DNA of 62,471 bases, the filler included, from Globobulimina sp. (taxonomy: Eukaryota), in assembly GCA_003354225.1 (NCBI GenBank). It is 17 parts of 17 records of this genome, joined end to end, with 100 filler letters (N's around TTAATTAATTAA, not from the genome) between each part and the next. Parts side by side here need not be neighbours in the genome. Positions count along the whole stretch, not along the records: positions 22,109 to 25,690 come from PIVH01002464.1; positions 25,791 to 29,372 come from PIVH01002465.1; positions 29,473 to 33,054 come from PIVH01002466.1; positions 33,155 to 36,735 come from PIVH01002467.1; positions 36,836 to 40,415 come from PIVH01002468.1; 12 more parts are not named here. One strand, given 5' to 3'. Below, one piece after another: positions 25,382 through 37,198 of the stretch. The position numbers were made by a program, and so were the translations under genes. The notes beneath the pieces are model-generated. The model did no database searches. It saw only the letters and a program-made list of their open reading frames with translations, and was not told the origin of the DNA. Within the stretch, counting starts at the first letter, position 1. Each line of letters opens with the position of its first letter.

Positions 25382-25690
25382 TCAAGGGTATAATTTAAAA
25401 GTCGATAGTACACCAAAATGATCCGATACATATGGCTTGGATGTGGCAATCAAATTGGCGCTGATTGCACAATATGTTTTTTTATTGATATTACTTGCAT
25501 CTTGTTCTTTATACCAAATATAATCAATTCTTTGGTTGGGTTCGCCAGCAGACATTCCATCCGATACAAGTTCATTTTGTTTAGACCATGTATAACCGGG
25601 TTTATTTGGATTACAATACTCCAGCTTGCTTACAATGCGCATTACTATCACAACGTAAAATTTTTCTGGAAATATCATATGCATGATTCC
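25382..25690 (-). CDS. C-terminus of an endonuclease/exonuclease/phosphatase (EEP) family protein
   Basis: GYTW, RIDYIW and VSDHFGV motifs; 5'-truncated. Confidence 0.8.
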   Translation of the reverse strand, partial: GIMHMIFPEKFYVVIVMRIVSKLEYCNPNKPGYTWSKQNELVSDGMSAGEPNQRIDYIWYKEQDASNINKKTYCAISANLIATSKPYVSDHFGVLSTFKLYP

Positions 25691-25790
25691 NNNNNNNNNN
25701 NNNNNNNNNNNNNNNNNNNNNNNNNNNNNNNNNNTTAATTAATTAANNNNNNNNNNNNNNNNNNNNNNNNNNNNNNNNNNNNNNNNNNNN

Positions 25791-27099
25791 GATTATTCAC
25801 AGCGATACCTTAACAATTTCAAAAACGAAATAGATACAACACTTAAATACAAAAAAGTATATAATACCCAACTGTTATGTCGTACTTCCAAACTAAGCTC
25901 ATTGTCCACTGTAACATTCCTCAAATCGCTCAAATATGGCGGCCGAATCGGTTCAAATGGGGTCAAGTCCACTGCAGCAACAACAACGCCACCATCACCG
26001 TACTCACTCTGTATATACGCAATAACCATATTGTCCCGCAACGCCACTATGGAATGAACGCCTTCATTGCAAGTAATGGCAACATCAGCACGCGAACCTT
26101 CCGCTAACCACACAATATTGCTTACAGTGCGCGGCGGATTATTGACAATCACACCATCTCTACTCAGCAGCTTCAAAGTGCACTGACCAATATCGCCAAT
26201 TTGATACCGTTGGGGATATCTTATCTCAGTCTGCAGGAAGCGGAATTTTATCCATTCCCCCACTGTCTGACAGATACTCGGTTGATATTTCCCATTCACA
26301 ATATACAAATCCTCGTCGCTGGGACTCAAATTTAATACCAATTGATTGTCTTTTTGTGCTTGCGTACGTGGCGGAAACCCATCGTTGATAAATGTGGCAT
26401 CGATGTGATTGATGAAAAATATTAATTCGCGCATGTTTGTGTACCAATTTGGTAGGTTTTCGCCAATGCCATCATCTTCGATGATAATGGCACCGCCGGC
26501 ACCGCCACCAACGTGCAGTTGCACTGAAGTATGGACATGAGAGTGATACCAATGTGTACCGCCAGAATGGGTGCAAGGAATGTTATAAATGTAAGTATTA
26601 TTTTGGCCGGGCAATACTGGCGCGAATACATAATCGCCTGGTTCTATGGGACTGATATGTAGGCCATGGGTGTGGAGGTTGGTTGTGTTGGGATCACGTT
26701 CTTGCGGTCCGCTTAAGTCTGCGTTCTCTGCACGTTCTGGACCTGTTTTTTTTGTGATATTTGGGGTTTGTTTTGTTCTTGGAAACAATATGTGTTTTTT
26801 TAGTGTATACCTAAATTATTAAAAAATGTGAGTTCATAACGTTTGCCACGTTGCATTCGTATGGTAGGACCGCCGAATGAATCTTCAAATAAGCGGGTTG
26901 TAAATGAGATGGTATTGTTGTTCCAGGATTTGGTGGATACATCAAAGGTTAATGTGGCGCTGAATAAATCTGGTGAGAGTGGACTTGGTGTCCAAGTGAT
27001 TGTAGGTGGACTGCTTAAACCATTTGAACAAACTTGGGCGTTGATGGTTTGGAGGGTTGAGATACAAAACACAAAGGAAATGAAAGCAGACGACAGCAT
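25791..27099 (-). CDS. Secreted multicopper oxidase, multi-exon (intron 26743-26810), 3'-truncated
   Basis: Signal peptide, GPTIRM, TNLHTHGLHISP, HSGGTHWYHSHVH copper motifs, VNG, GSRADV. Confidence 0.92.
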
Positions 27100-27175
27100 T
27101 ATGTTCAGTAACAATTTCTTACTCTAACAAAACTTCTTAACAATATATTCCATTATTATTATTTTTAATAGTTAT

Positions 27176-27321
27176 AAGAGCATCAGGTTTCCAGCGTCAG
27201 ATTTTTATTGTTTCTGAGAAACGAAGGCAAACCTATATTATTTTTACCTTTATCAGTCACAAGAAACGGTTTGCTTACACCTTCCCCAATAAAAATCTGA
27301 CGCTGAAAACCGGATGCTCTT
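27176..27321. repeat. 146-bp fold-back element with 35-bp terminal inverted repeats (MITE-like)
   Basis: 27176-27210 AAGAGCATCAGGTTTCCAGCGTCAGATTTTTATTG matches the reverse complement of 27287-27321 with 2 mismatches; inner 7-bp IR GCAAACC/GGTTTGC. Confidence 0.85.
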
Positions 27322-27632
27322 TCAACTTACGTCGCCATCGCAATGATGTTAAAAATCCAGTAATACACCAATCGTGATTTTTTGTTGTATACGAAGTAAA
27401 CAACATACCTGCACACAATGTTATTTATACAAATTATTATGACATCATCTTAGAATCGAACATGTATAAATACTGCTTCTTTATATCATTGATAAACTTA
27501 CAGTTTGTCAGTTTTCCCCCGTGTTAGTAATTAAAAAACTTATACAATAATTGATTCAAATTAAATTACATTACATTACAATGCTAAACCGAACAATACG
27601 CACCACTTCAAAAGAAATAAAAAAAGAAAACG

Positions 27633-29372
27633 CTATTTAGAATTTGTCACTACATTATCATTAATATTCGCTTCATCTTTCAATGTATCCTGCAAAGCAC
27701 CCAATATTCCCAATAAATTCCCTCCATCCACTTCAACCACCAACTCTGCCGATTTCTCCTTTTCCTTTTCCTTCTCCTTCTCCTTAATTTTCATTTTCTC
27801 CCTTTTTTTCTTCTCCTTTTTCTTCCTCGGATCCTTCAAATTATTCAAATTATTGGCATTGCTGAGCCCATTCGCCACAGCCACCCCGTTACCGACGGGA
27901 ATATTCAAATTCTTTACGAAGATCAAGCACCACAACAGCCCCTTCGGTATCTTACAATCAAATATATCGTCCAAATACTGTTCCGGCAATATGCCCTCAT
28001 CCGGCGGACACAGATAAAACAACAAATGTTGATGTTTGGCGGACTTACACATGGCCGCCGAGACCTTGTTCAAATCCTTATAATAATTACAGAAATCGCC
28101 ATAACTGTTCACGTCCTCCGTGCTGTACGGATGGATCTCACATAGCATCCAATGATGCGACAAATGCTGCTTCGCGCCGCCCGGACGTATCTCCCCCATA
28201 TACTTCTCCATTTCGCTGAAGTCCTTCTTCCACGAACAATGAATGCTGTGCGAGTCGCACATATTTTTAAACGGCCACCGCTCCAATTTACAGCCGGCGC
28301 GCCACACAAAGGTCACTGCAAAGGACGCACTCAAATCGCTGTCATGTGCAATCATGCGCGTATTCCAAATCTCCGCGGCCCGTTTCGGGAATCTTTTGTA
28401 TGGCGTACGCTCGAGCTCCTTTTGCACGGTTTTGCTCACTGCGGCTCGCGGCGGTGGGGGCGCTCTTTTTTTATTTTTGCCCGCTTTACTTTTCATTTTA
28501 ATGGGGGATAAGTTGGGTTTGATGAAGCGGACTTTGCCTTTTTGTTCGAATTTTTTCGGCGCACTGCGCAGAGTCAACTCTTTGCCGCGTTCGTTGGCAT
28601 TGGCGATGTATTTAGGCATGGTACGTTTGGGGATGTGGTTCGGGTTTAGACTTTTTTTAGGCATTGGAGCCGATATACGTTGTTTTTTACTCGGCGGCTC
28701 GTACGTGCAATTCCCATTTAATTTGGGTGCTTCTTTCCGTTTCTTGTAATTGGCGGCGAATTTTTTTTTCGCTCGGTGGCCTGTGCCGGGCCCGGCGCCC
28801 ATAGATCGTGGCCCGGTGGCTGTAGGTGTGACATGTTCAAAGTAAGAGACACACCCAACATAAATGATCTAAGCTTCACTTAAAAAAAACTTTTTTTTTC
28901 AATGTCACTTTCAAGTGAAACTTAAAACTAAATCCAAAGTGAAGATAAAATACTAAACATTTCGCAGCAGTGTGAAAAAAGCCACCCCGACGGGAATAGA
29001 TGGGCGCTAAAGGCGGTGGTTGTGATATCATACTGGGCGGTTTCAATTTTTTTTGGTGTCTCCGCCGCGCGCCAACATTAACATTTTTTTCCTTTTTCTT
29101 CCTCGCTTTATATTTCTTGCGCGGCTGCTTTCTGGCTTGAATGCAGAAAATGTCATCGTCGAGTTCCGGGTCCGACTTCTCGTCCATATTGAAACTCAGC
29201 GCTTGCATCTTATGGTCCCACGTCTCGCCCCACCCCAAATTATTCTGGTTGCCGTTGATGGAGATATCCTGCGATTCCTGCAAGCGCTTCTCCTGCAGCA
29301 CGTGGCCATTCAGGCGGTCGCCGGCCCGCCGGCGCTGCCCACCGCCCGCCCGAGCCAGTCGTGCCCCCGCTG
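27633..29372 (-). CDS. Hypothetical Lys/Pro-rich nuclear protein, multi-exon, 5'-truncated; possible SPOC-like C-terminal globular domain
   Basis: A 389-aa ORF and upstream ORF 28876-29301 are separated by an AT-rich intron-like segment. The domain guess is weak. Confidence 0.5.
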
Positions 29373-29472
29373 NNNNNNNNNNNNNNNNNNNNNNNNNNNN
29401 NNNNNNNNNNNNNNNNTTAATTAATTAANNNNNNNNNNNNNNNNNNNNNNNNNNNNNNNNNNNNNNNNNNNN

Positions 29473-30163
29473 GCTATAATGATCACATTTTGTGGGGCGT
29501 ATTTCAAATGGCATTTATGGCCTTCAATGGTACAGTTTAGGCTTGGTATTGTTTGGTAGAATATATTTCATTTTCAAAGACTCTGCGTTTCGATTATCCA
29601 AATGCACCATCTATTTGGTTGTTGCATTTTTTATATTTATCCCACTTTTGACAGTAACTGCCTTTGCATCGCGAGGTGACACAGTTTACATTCTTAGTGG
29701 ATTACTATTTTTTCTCTCCACATGCTATTCGGTTTGGATTACTCTGTTTTTTGTATATAAATTGTTCAAAGTATTTAAGCACTCATTGCACGATGATGAA
29801 TTATTGTCACTTATTACAAAAAACACCATTTTGGCAGTACTCTCCATTTCGGGCACATTTGTTGCTATTCTTATTTGTGTGGTTGTCATTGCAATCGGTG
29901 CCAACGAAAATGGTTCCAAATTAATGTATATTTATTATTTTGGATTTACACTGGATGTAATTACTAATTTCGTTTGCGTCACATTGACATACAAACTATT
30001 CGATAATTATTATAATATGTTATGTAAAACGATACATAATAAGTCCAAGCGATGTTGTTCAAGGGTTGCTGGTGCGGACAATATGGATTTGAATGATGTC
30101 CAACAGCCCAACATTGTGGAAATTGAACCAACGTGCACAACAACCTCAGAACAATCAAAGTGA
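29473..30163 (+). CDS. Serpentine (7TM-like) membrane protein, 5'-truncated
   Basis: Five TM helices, KNTILA, LDVITNFVCVTL, YNMLCK..H..C tail. Confidence 0.65.
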
Positions 30164-30291
30164 GGTGAAACTCATCTAAGCTCACAGACTTTCCCCATAG
30201 TACAATCTAAAAATAAAAATAAAAAATAAATATCTTCTCATCTCAAATTCTCAAAAAAAAGTTTTCTTCTCAACTAGCTACAAGTAGCAAT

Positions 30292-31650
30292 ATGAAACAC
30301 AAATGGTCAAATCCGTTTGAAGCTGCGAAAGCAGCCAGTTAAGATTGTCTTCTTCGTCGCCCAAATCCGTTTGTTACGTAAACAATGCGTTGCTTTAATT
30401 GTATATACAGGTGAAATAAATAGGGATAGACACAACTCGTCAGAGATTCCATCAACATCATCTATGGACTATTTAACACCACAAAACCAGCCAACTTATA
30501 ATATGACAGAGAATCATAATCAATTACAAATTGACTCCATGTTTAATAAAACGAAAAGCAAAATTAATTAAACAAACAAAAAGAAAGACACGAAGAAGAA
30601 GAGCAGAATCAAGATAACACATTAAATAATAACAGATATTTTGGAGAATACAAAGAATTGGAATTATTGCATAACGGCAGATTCTATAAAACTTATAAAT
30701 GTTTGAATAAAATTGATGAGAATGAATATGCGATAAAACATGATAAGTACAACAATAATGATAATGGACAAGAAACAGAGTTATTAATACGAGAAGGTTT
30801 GATATTATCCGCAATACAAAGAAACGGAACAATCTGTAAACACATTGTAAGATATTTTGATATGTTCAGAGAGCTCAATTCTTGTTATGTTGTGTTGGAA
30901 TATTGTAAATTAAATATGTTCTCTTTAAAAAATAAAAATACTGAACATCAAAAAGAAGAATTATTAATGCGAATAATATTACACATTGCCAGAGCTCTAT
31001 TATTTCTTCATAACAATAAGTTTATTCATTTTAATGTGAATCCACAAAATATATTGGTGGCGAATGCAAATAATATGATATTTAAATTGACAGATTTCAA
31101 ATTGGCGCGAAAGTTTTCAGGTATTGACAACCAACAAAATTATGCACAAATTCCAAAACTATCTGAATATCAAGAAAATGAAACAAAATATTTATGCGAT
31201 GAGATGGCTAAACAACAATTTCAACCTCAATTATTAAATAAAATCGATATATTTGCGTTAGGATTTTCGGTGTTTGATATTTTATTAAGTCAGGAATTAC
31301 CAACAATAAACAGAGAGAATAATAATTGGAATGAAATTCGAAATGAATCCAACATTATAACCGCATTGAAACAACATTCAAATGGGTTTTCATTGAATTT
31401 CAAAAAAATAATCTCCAAAATGTTGTCAATTGATCCCAATCAACGACCAAATGCCGATCAATTAATTAATATTTTACGTATATTTGATGATGACATTTTG
31501 AGGCAAAAAGATGAAGAAATAAATAGATTAAAACAAAAATTGAAATGTGTTGTGAATGAATTGAAAGCATCACATCAAAAACAAACTGGATTTAATGCTT
31601 CTCCATTTGGCAGAAAATCAAGATTGAGTAACATTTATAATGCAACTTAA
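30292..31650 (+). pseudogene. Wee1-like kinase, catalytically degenerate and with a disrupted 5' region
   Basis: RYFGEYKELELL..GRF..TYKCLNKIDENEYAIK, HIVRYF, KIDIFALG, ELP....WNEIR. However HxD reads HFN and DFG reads DFK, and there are stops at 30340 and 30565. Confidence 0.6.
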
Positions 31651-31791
31651 TTACAGCACAGTTATAAGAGCAATCTTGCCGTCGACTCATATATTAATAT
31701 TTTAGTTGATCATGACATGAAACTTCTTTTTGGAAAAATAAAGTATTTTGACTACCAGTTTAAAAAAAAAACTCTCACATCCTCAAGAACA

Positions 31792-32964
31792 ATGGATGCC
31801 AGCCATAACAGTCTTTCTTTCTACAAAAATTGCTTACAAGAACGCGTTGGATCAACTGAAAGTATCGATGATTTAACCGCAATATTAAAATTACAACTTA
31901 TTCCTCTGAATCGCATCAAATATTTTATTAGTCAAGAAATCGATGAATTAGATTTCAATTCTTATAAAAAATTGTACCATACACAAATGCCAATTGGTGA
32001 TATATTCCCATCAGATATCATCCAATATATTTTATCATTTGGTGGCGTATATCATACAAAAGCAGTCAATCAAAAATGGAAACAATATTCCGAACAAAAT
32101 GAACGAAATCATTTACAGAAATTATATACTTCAATCAATCAAATTAAATCTCCAGTGCAATATGATGAGAATATGAATAAAACCTATATTATTGACCAAA
32201 ATCGTGCAAAACTACATAAAATTGAGACTGAATTGGGATATATAGGACCAATCAAAGAGATAGAAAAAACTTTAAACATTTGCAATTCCGGTGACCGAGT
32301 ATTGGTTCATTCGGGGGTTTATAAGGTATCACAAATTCAAAATGATGTTAATATACAATTAATTGGTGTCGGAGCGGCAGTGTCTTTTAACGAAGGAGGC
32401 GACCCATGGAGTGACATAACATTTGACCATTTTTGGCCCATTACAAAATCAAAATGTTATATTCGAAACATCAAATTTTACTGTTCACAGCAGTATGACT
32501 TCGGATTTGTGGTGGATGAAAATGGAACATTATGGATGGAGAACTGCGAAGTAATAACATATGATAAATATTGTCGGGGAGTTTGGGCATTGTTTGGTTC
32601 GCATTTAACTGTTAAGAATTGTAGATTTATTGTGAATGGATCAGAGACCGGCACAGTAATTGAATTATCACCGCATGCAGAAGAGGTAAATATTATTGAT
32701 TGCACTTTTGAAGGCTGTGGAATAAAAATTACCGATACGTGTACTGATACTGATATTGATACGGATAATGTTGGAAAGTTGCAGTTGAAATGTATTGGGA
32801 ATATATTTGATATTGATTTCCATCCAATCACAGAGAGTGTTCACGGATATCCGAGTTATTTTGTACATTCAGATCAATATGTGTTAAGGGATAATTTTTT
32901 CAAAGGAACGCCTGAAAATGGAGAGAGAGAGAGAAAAATGATAAAGCTAATACAAACAAAATAA
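31792..32964 (+). CDS. F-box-like plus right-handed beta-helix (pectin-lyase fold) protein
   Basis: IFPSDIIQYILSF (F-box-like), GDRVLVHSGVY, IQLIGVG, LWMENCE, LTVKNCRF, IIDCTFEG. Confidence 0.65.
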   Translation: MDASHNSLSFYKNCLQERVGSTESIDDLTAILKLQLIPLNRIKYFISQEIDELDFNSYKKLYHTQMPIGDIFPSDIIQYILSFGGVYHTKAVNQKWKQYSEQNERNHLQKLYTSINQIKSPVQYDENMNKTYIIDQNRAKLHKIETELGYIGPIKEIEKTLNICNSGDRVLVHSGVYKVSQIQNDVNIQLIGVGAAVSFNEGGDPWSDITFDHFWPITKSKCYIRNIKFYCSQQYDFGFVVDENGTLWMENCEVITYDKYCRGVWALFGSHLTVKNCRFIVNGSETGTVIELSPHAEEVNIIDCTFEGCGIKITDTCTDTDIDTDNVGKLQLKCIGNIFDIDFHPITESVHGYPSYFVHSDQYVLRDNFFKGTPENGERERKMIKLIQTK

Positions 32965-33315
32965 AAGTGATTAGTTAAATTATTGCAATGTATGCCTTCT
33001 CATTTTGATATCTATTATGTTTATTTCATTCTATCTTTTCACAGTTGTTGTCATNNNNNNNNNNNNNNNNNNNNNNNNNNNNNNNNNNNNNNNNNNNNTT
33101 AATTAATTAANNNNNNNNNNNNNNNNNNNNNNNNNNNNNNNNNNNNNNNNNNNNACTTTCACGGCCTGCGAAACGATGTACTCTTTTTTTTCTGATCTGC
33201 TTTAATTTAATATCGAAACGAAAAGACAATCACTATAATTACACAATAAATAATGTTAAATAATTAAATATAAATCCGATCGACAAACTCGGTCATTTTA
33301 AATTTTTCATTCGTT

Positions 33316-35170
33316 TTAAAGATCTGGAGATTCATTCCATTGTGATTTGGGTCTTTTTCTCAATGTATTTGTATAACCACCATTCTTATCGTTACAATTA
33401 TATCTCTGTCTTTTCGATGCTCTCTCATTATCCCTATAATGATCCTGTTGCATCGTCCTTTTCCTTTGTCGGTCTCTGTCAAATCTATTCGCAATCTGTC
33501 CGCCAGCCGCTGGTTGCGTTTGTGTCATTGAATGATTATCACCCATACGATCCAAATATGACGATAAAAAATCTGGAGCTCTCCCAACATTATTATTAAG
33601 TCTCCGATTATTCCCACTCTCATTACTTACCGTATATTGTGCCTCCAAACTACTAATATTAATATTATTGTCATTATCACTCTCCTCAACCAAATTAATT
33701 ACATCCCTGTCCTTTTTATTTATATTGTTCTCATATTCTGCTTCATTCACACCAAAATTACCATTATTAGACCTGGCATCTGGATGCGGCTGCAACATGG
33801 CTTGTTAATTGGCAGCATGTCTTTTCTTATTATAACCATCATCCTCTTGCAGCTCACTCCCATTCTCATTCTCATTCTGCACAGTAATTCCTTGCGTAGT
33901 ACGCACTGGAAAGAAATCCGTCGGTTCCTCTGCAAAATTGCCATGTGTGGGCAAGCCAACAATGACATCGTCATCGTCTAAATGCGCAGATGACGACTGT
34001 CGATCATTATAATTCGACCGTGATGGCGTACACGTCACTTGCGGCTGAGCCAAAGGTGTGATGTTGTTATTATTATTTGTATTCGTAGATAACCGATTAT
34101 GTGTATCTGTATGTGCAGTGTTTGCGTGTTGCGAAGGAACAGGAATATCGACGTCGTGGTCATGCTCATCCTGATCGGATATGGTGGCCATTATTAATTT
34201 AATATGAATGCCTGTGGATGAAACATCATTATTGCTCTGACATAGATGGATCGGAGTTGTATTGGTCAATAATACCGGCGCACCGGCGGAGGTTAGGTAC
34301 ATTTCAATGGGTTCATTCAAGGACTGGCATAACGTCAAAAATGCTTTGAATTCCTTCTGGACGACGGTTAATATTATTTTTGTGACTGAGGCTGGCAAAT
34401 TCATATTGAATTTAGTAAAATGTTGATCGCGTTTCAAATGACAGATAGTTTGAATGCTATCTGAGTTTGCCTCTGCTGTGTCGATATATGACTTCATTGC
34501 CAGTTCGGTTTCTGATAAAATTAAAGTGATTTCCTGCAATGAATTGGCGAAATTGGATAGCACTCGTTTGAATGTGCTGGATGGACAACATATTTCCTGT
34601 AATGATTGTTGATTAAAATCAAACTCTGCCTGTAATATAGTGGCGATATCCTCAAAATGGATGATGTATTTTCGACGGATCTTGTATGCGAATGTGGAGG
34701 TTATCTCTAATTTATTCAAATCCGTTTTGAATTTTAATTCTATGCAATGGGCACTGTCTGTCAATCGAAACGCGGATAGAAATATTTTGGACTTTATTCT
34801 GGCTTTTATTGTACGGTTTGCTTCGGACAGTGAGGCGGACAGTGATTGGGTGGCATTGTGGTTATTGTTGTTGTTGTTATTATGATTGTTGTCTGGTTCA
34901 GCTTGGTAATAACAATCATAATGTTCGAAGAACACGCCAGGTTTTGGCGAGAAATCAATTTGAAAATATGCAGCCTCGCCCTCTCCCAATGTGCGTAATA
35001 CAAATCGTGACGGTGTAATCTCAAAATTAATGGATTCGCCAATTTTTGTTAAACACTATTTATTTTGTGTTGCAAGGATGGAATAATATGAGAATATAAA
35101 CGATTTGGGAACGAACCGTTACTGCTTTGATGAAACTCCTTACGGCGGTGCTTGGAATTCTGCATTCCAT
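33316..35170 (-). CDS. RAD9: Rad9 (9-1-1 checkpoint clamp), intron 35056-35116; in-frame TAA at 33805-33807 in the disordered tail
   Basis: Spliced N-terminus MECRIPSTAVRSFIKAVT|CLTKIGESI, then AAYFQIDF...FFEHY, QKEFKAFLTLC, AGAPVLL, LIMATI. ORF 33316-33798 is in frame after the TAA. Confidence 0.8.
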
Positions 35171-35214
35171 GATATTTTAAAGTTTTTTAGCTGTTTTTTT
35201 TTAGTATTGTAACA

Positions 35215-36735
35215 ATGTCAACAACAAGGAGGAAATCACAGAATCCACGATCTAAAAAATCGAGAAATTCGAAAAATAAATCATATACAACACCGCAATC
35301 TCCTCCTGTGCAATATCGATATTCACATCAAAATCTACACGTACAACCAATTAATAATGAATATAATAATGATAATTCATCCCGTGGTCATGATGATTTC
35401 TACCTAGATGACAGACCTACTCATAAAAAAAACGCAGTCTCCTCATTTTTATCTATATTCAGCACATTTTCGGCGACAAAGGCTCGTCGAAGAGACTCCA
35501 CTCTGTCTGATACCATTGACCATATGACCGACCTCGAGCTATTAAAAAGAATGAAACGACGCATATTAGATATTTTATCCAAACTTCTGGGTTTGTACAG
35601 ATTGGTTTTCGCGAACATAATCCTTGCACACTTTTTATATATCTCTAAGAAACCAAGCGATTAAAGAGAGTGAAATCTGAATTAAAATCCGAAGTATGGG
35701 AGATTGAATATAATGAATTAAAAAAGCGACTAAGCACTCACGACATTCACACAGCTACAATCAAACAAAAACTAGCCTCCGCCCGATCTTTAGCGAATTT
35801 ATCCTCATTACATAGCAATAGCAACGACGAAAACGACGATGAAGATGTCAGAGAAATGGCTACTTTCCTATTACAGGAATACTTTGACGAACCAGCCACT
35901 TCGGCCACCATCACACTGCAGCCACCTCCTCCAATCACAGCCATGGCCCCATTGAAACAAAAGAGTGCGCCACATGAGCCTTACTACGACAATGATGCTG
36001 CACCCAACGAGAATAGCAACGGCAGTGATATCGATACGGACGAATCCTACGAGGAACCAGATATCGATGATACTCATCATCAGCACCATAACCACAACCA
36101 AAACGGCACTGAGAAACGTAAAAAACGCAAGAAGAGTAAGAAAAAACTAAAATATGCCAAACGGCACAAGAACTCTGGCCATCAGAGTGACGGCGTAGTG
36201 ATGCACCGCAGAGCGCGTCCCCTCAATAGCACTGCACACAAATACTCGCCCAGACCCACTCCCGTCATCGCCTGTGGTTATGGCCACATTCCCGACGCCA
36301 ACATCACTTTACATGACCCACGCGATGAGCCACCCACTGTGACAGTGCCATATAGGAAATCCAAGGCCCACCGCCTGGAGATCCGCAACAAATTTCGCCG
36401 CGGTGTACGCAAAGCCATGTTAGTAAATGCTTGGAGCGGCATTGCCAATGAAACGCAGCATAATCAGAAAAACATATCCTTGTCACTCTCCAATATCGAC
36501 TCAGGTGTTTCTGATAAGATGAATAATATTCTACGCATCAAACACGACCCTCACGAACCAGAGTCCAAATCAGCATCACCCTCCGTATCCTACGCCACAT
36601 TGTTCAACAACTTCTTGTCGGATAAGCTCATCACCGCATTATCTACAGTTGGAACGTGGGAATTTGACCCATTTGTCTTCTTTGCCACGCCTGAGATTGG
36701 TATTTATTTGATTCATCCAAAGAGCTATGACTTGT
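35215..36735 (+). CDS. Multi-exon protein, possibly the N-terminal region of a cyclic-nucleotide phosphodiesterase, 3'-truncated
   Basis: An intron near 35591-35649 joins the ORFs. The sequence ends with LSTVGTWEFDPFVF, like the start of a PDEase_I domain. Confidence 0.4.
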
Positions 36736-37198
36736 NNNNNNNNNNNNNNNNNNNNNNNNNNNNNNNNNNNNNNNNNNNNTTAATTAATTAANNNNNNNNN
36801 NNNNNNNNNNNNNNNNNNNNNNNNNNNNNNNNNNNCACAGTCCCAACCAATCCCTTTTCTGCTTCGAATAATAGATTTAAGAGTGTCTGAAACAATAATT
36901 CCGTCCGCTTCAAGCACACATTCCTCATTCATGCAATATAAAAGACAAAGTGTTGTAAGGAACTGACATTTTATCCTAAATCCTCTTGATTTATTGTATC
37001 TAACTTATTAGGTACTCCTTACTTTAAAACTTTACTTAAAAACCCTTAGTTCAACCCTAGAACCAGGCTCGACCTACTACAAAAAACAAATAAAGTGCGT
37101 CTGCTGTGCAATAGCTGTGTCATACGAAATAGGATATGGGATATTCCTGCACTGATTGTACGCAGTTTGTTTATGTATTATTATTATTAAATGTGTGT

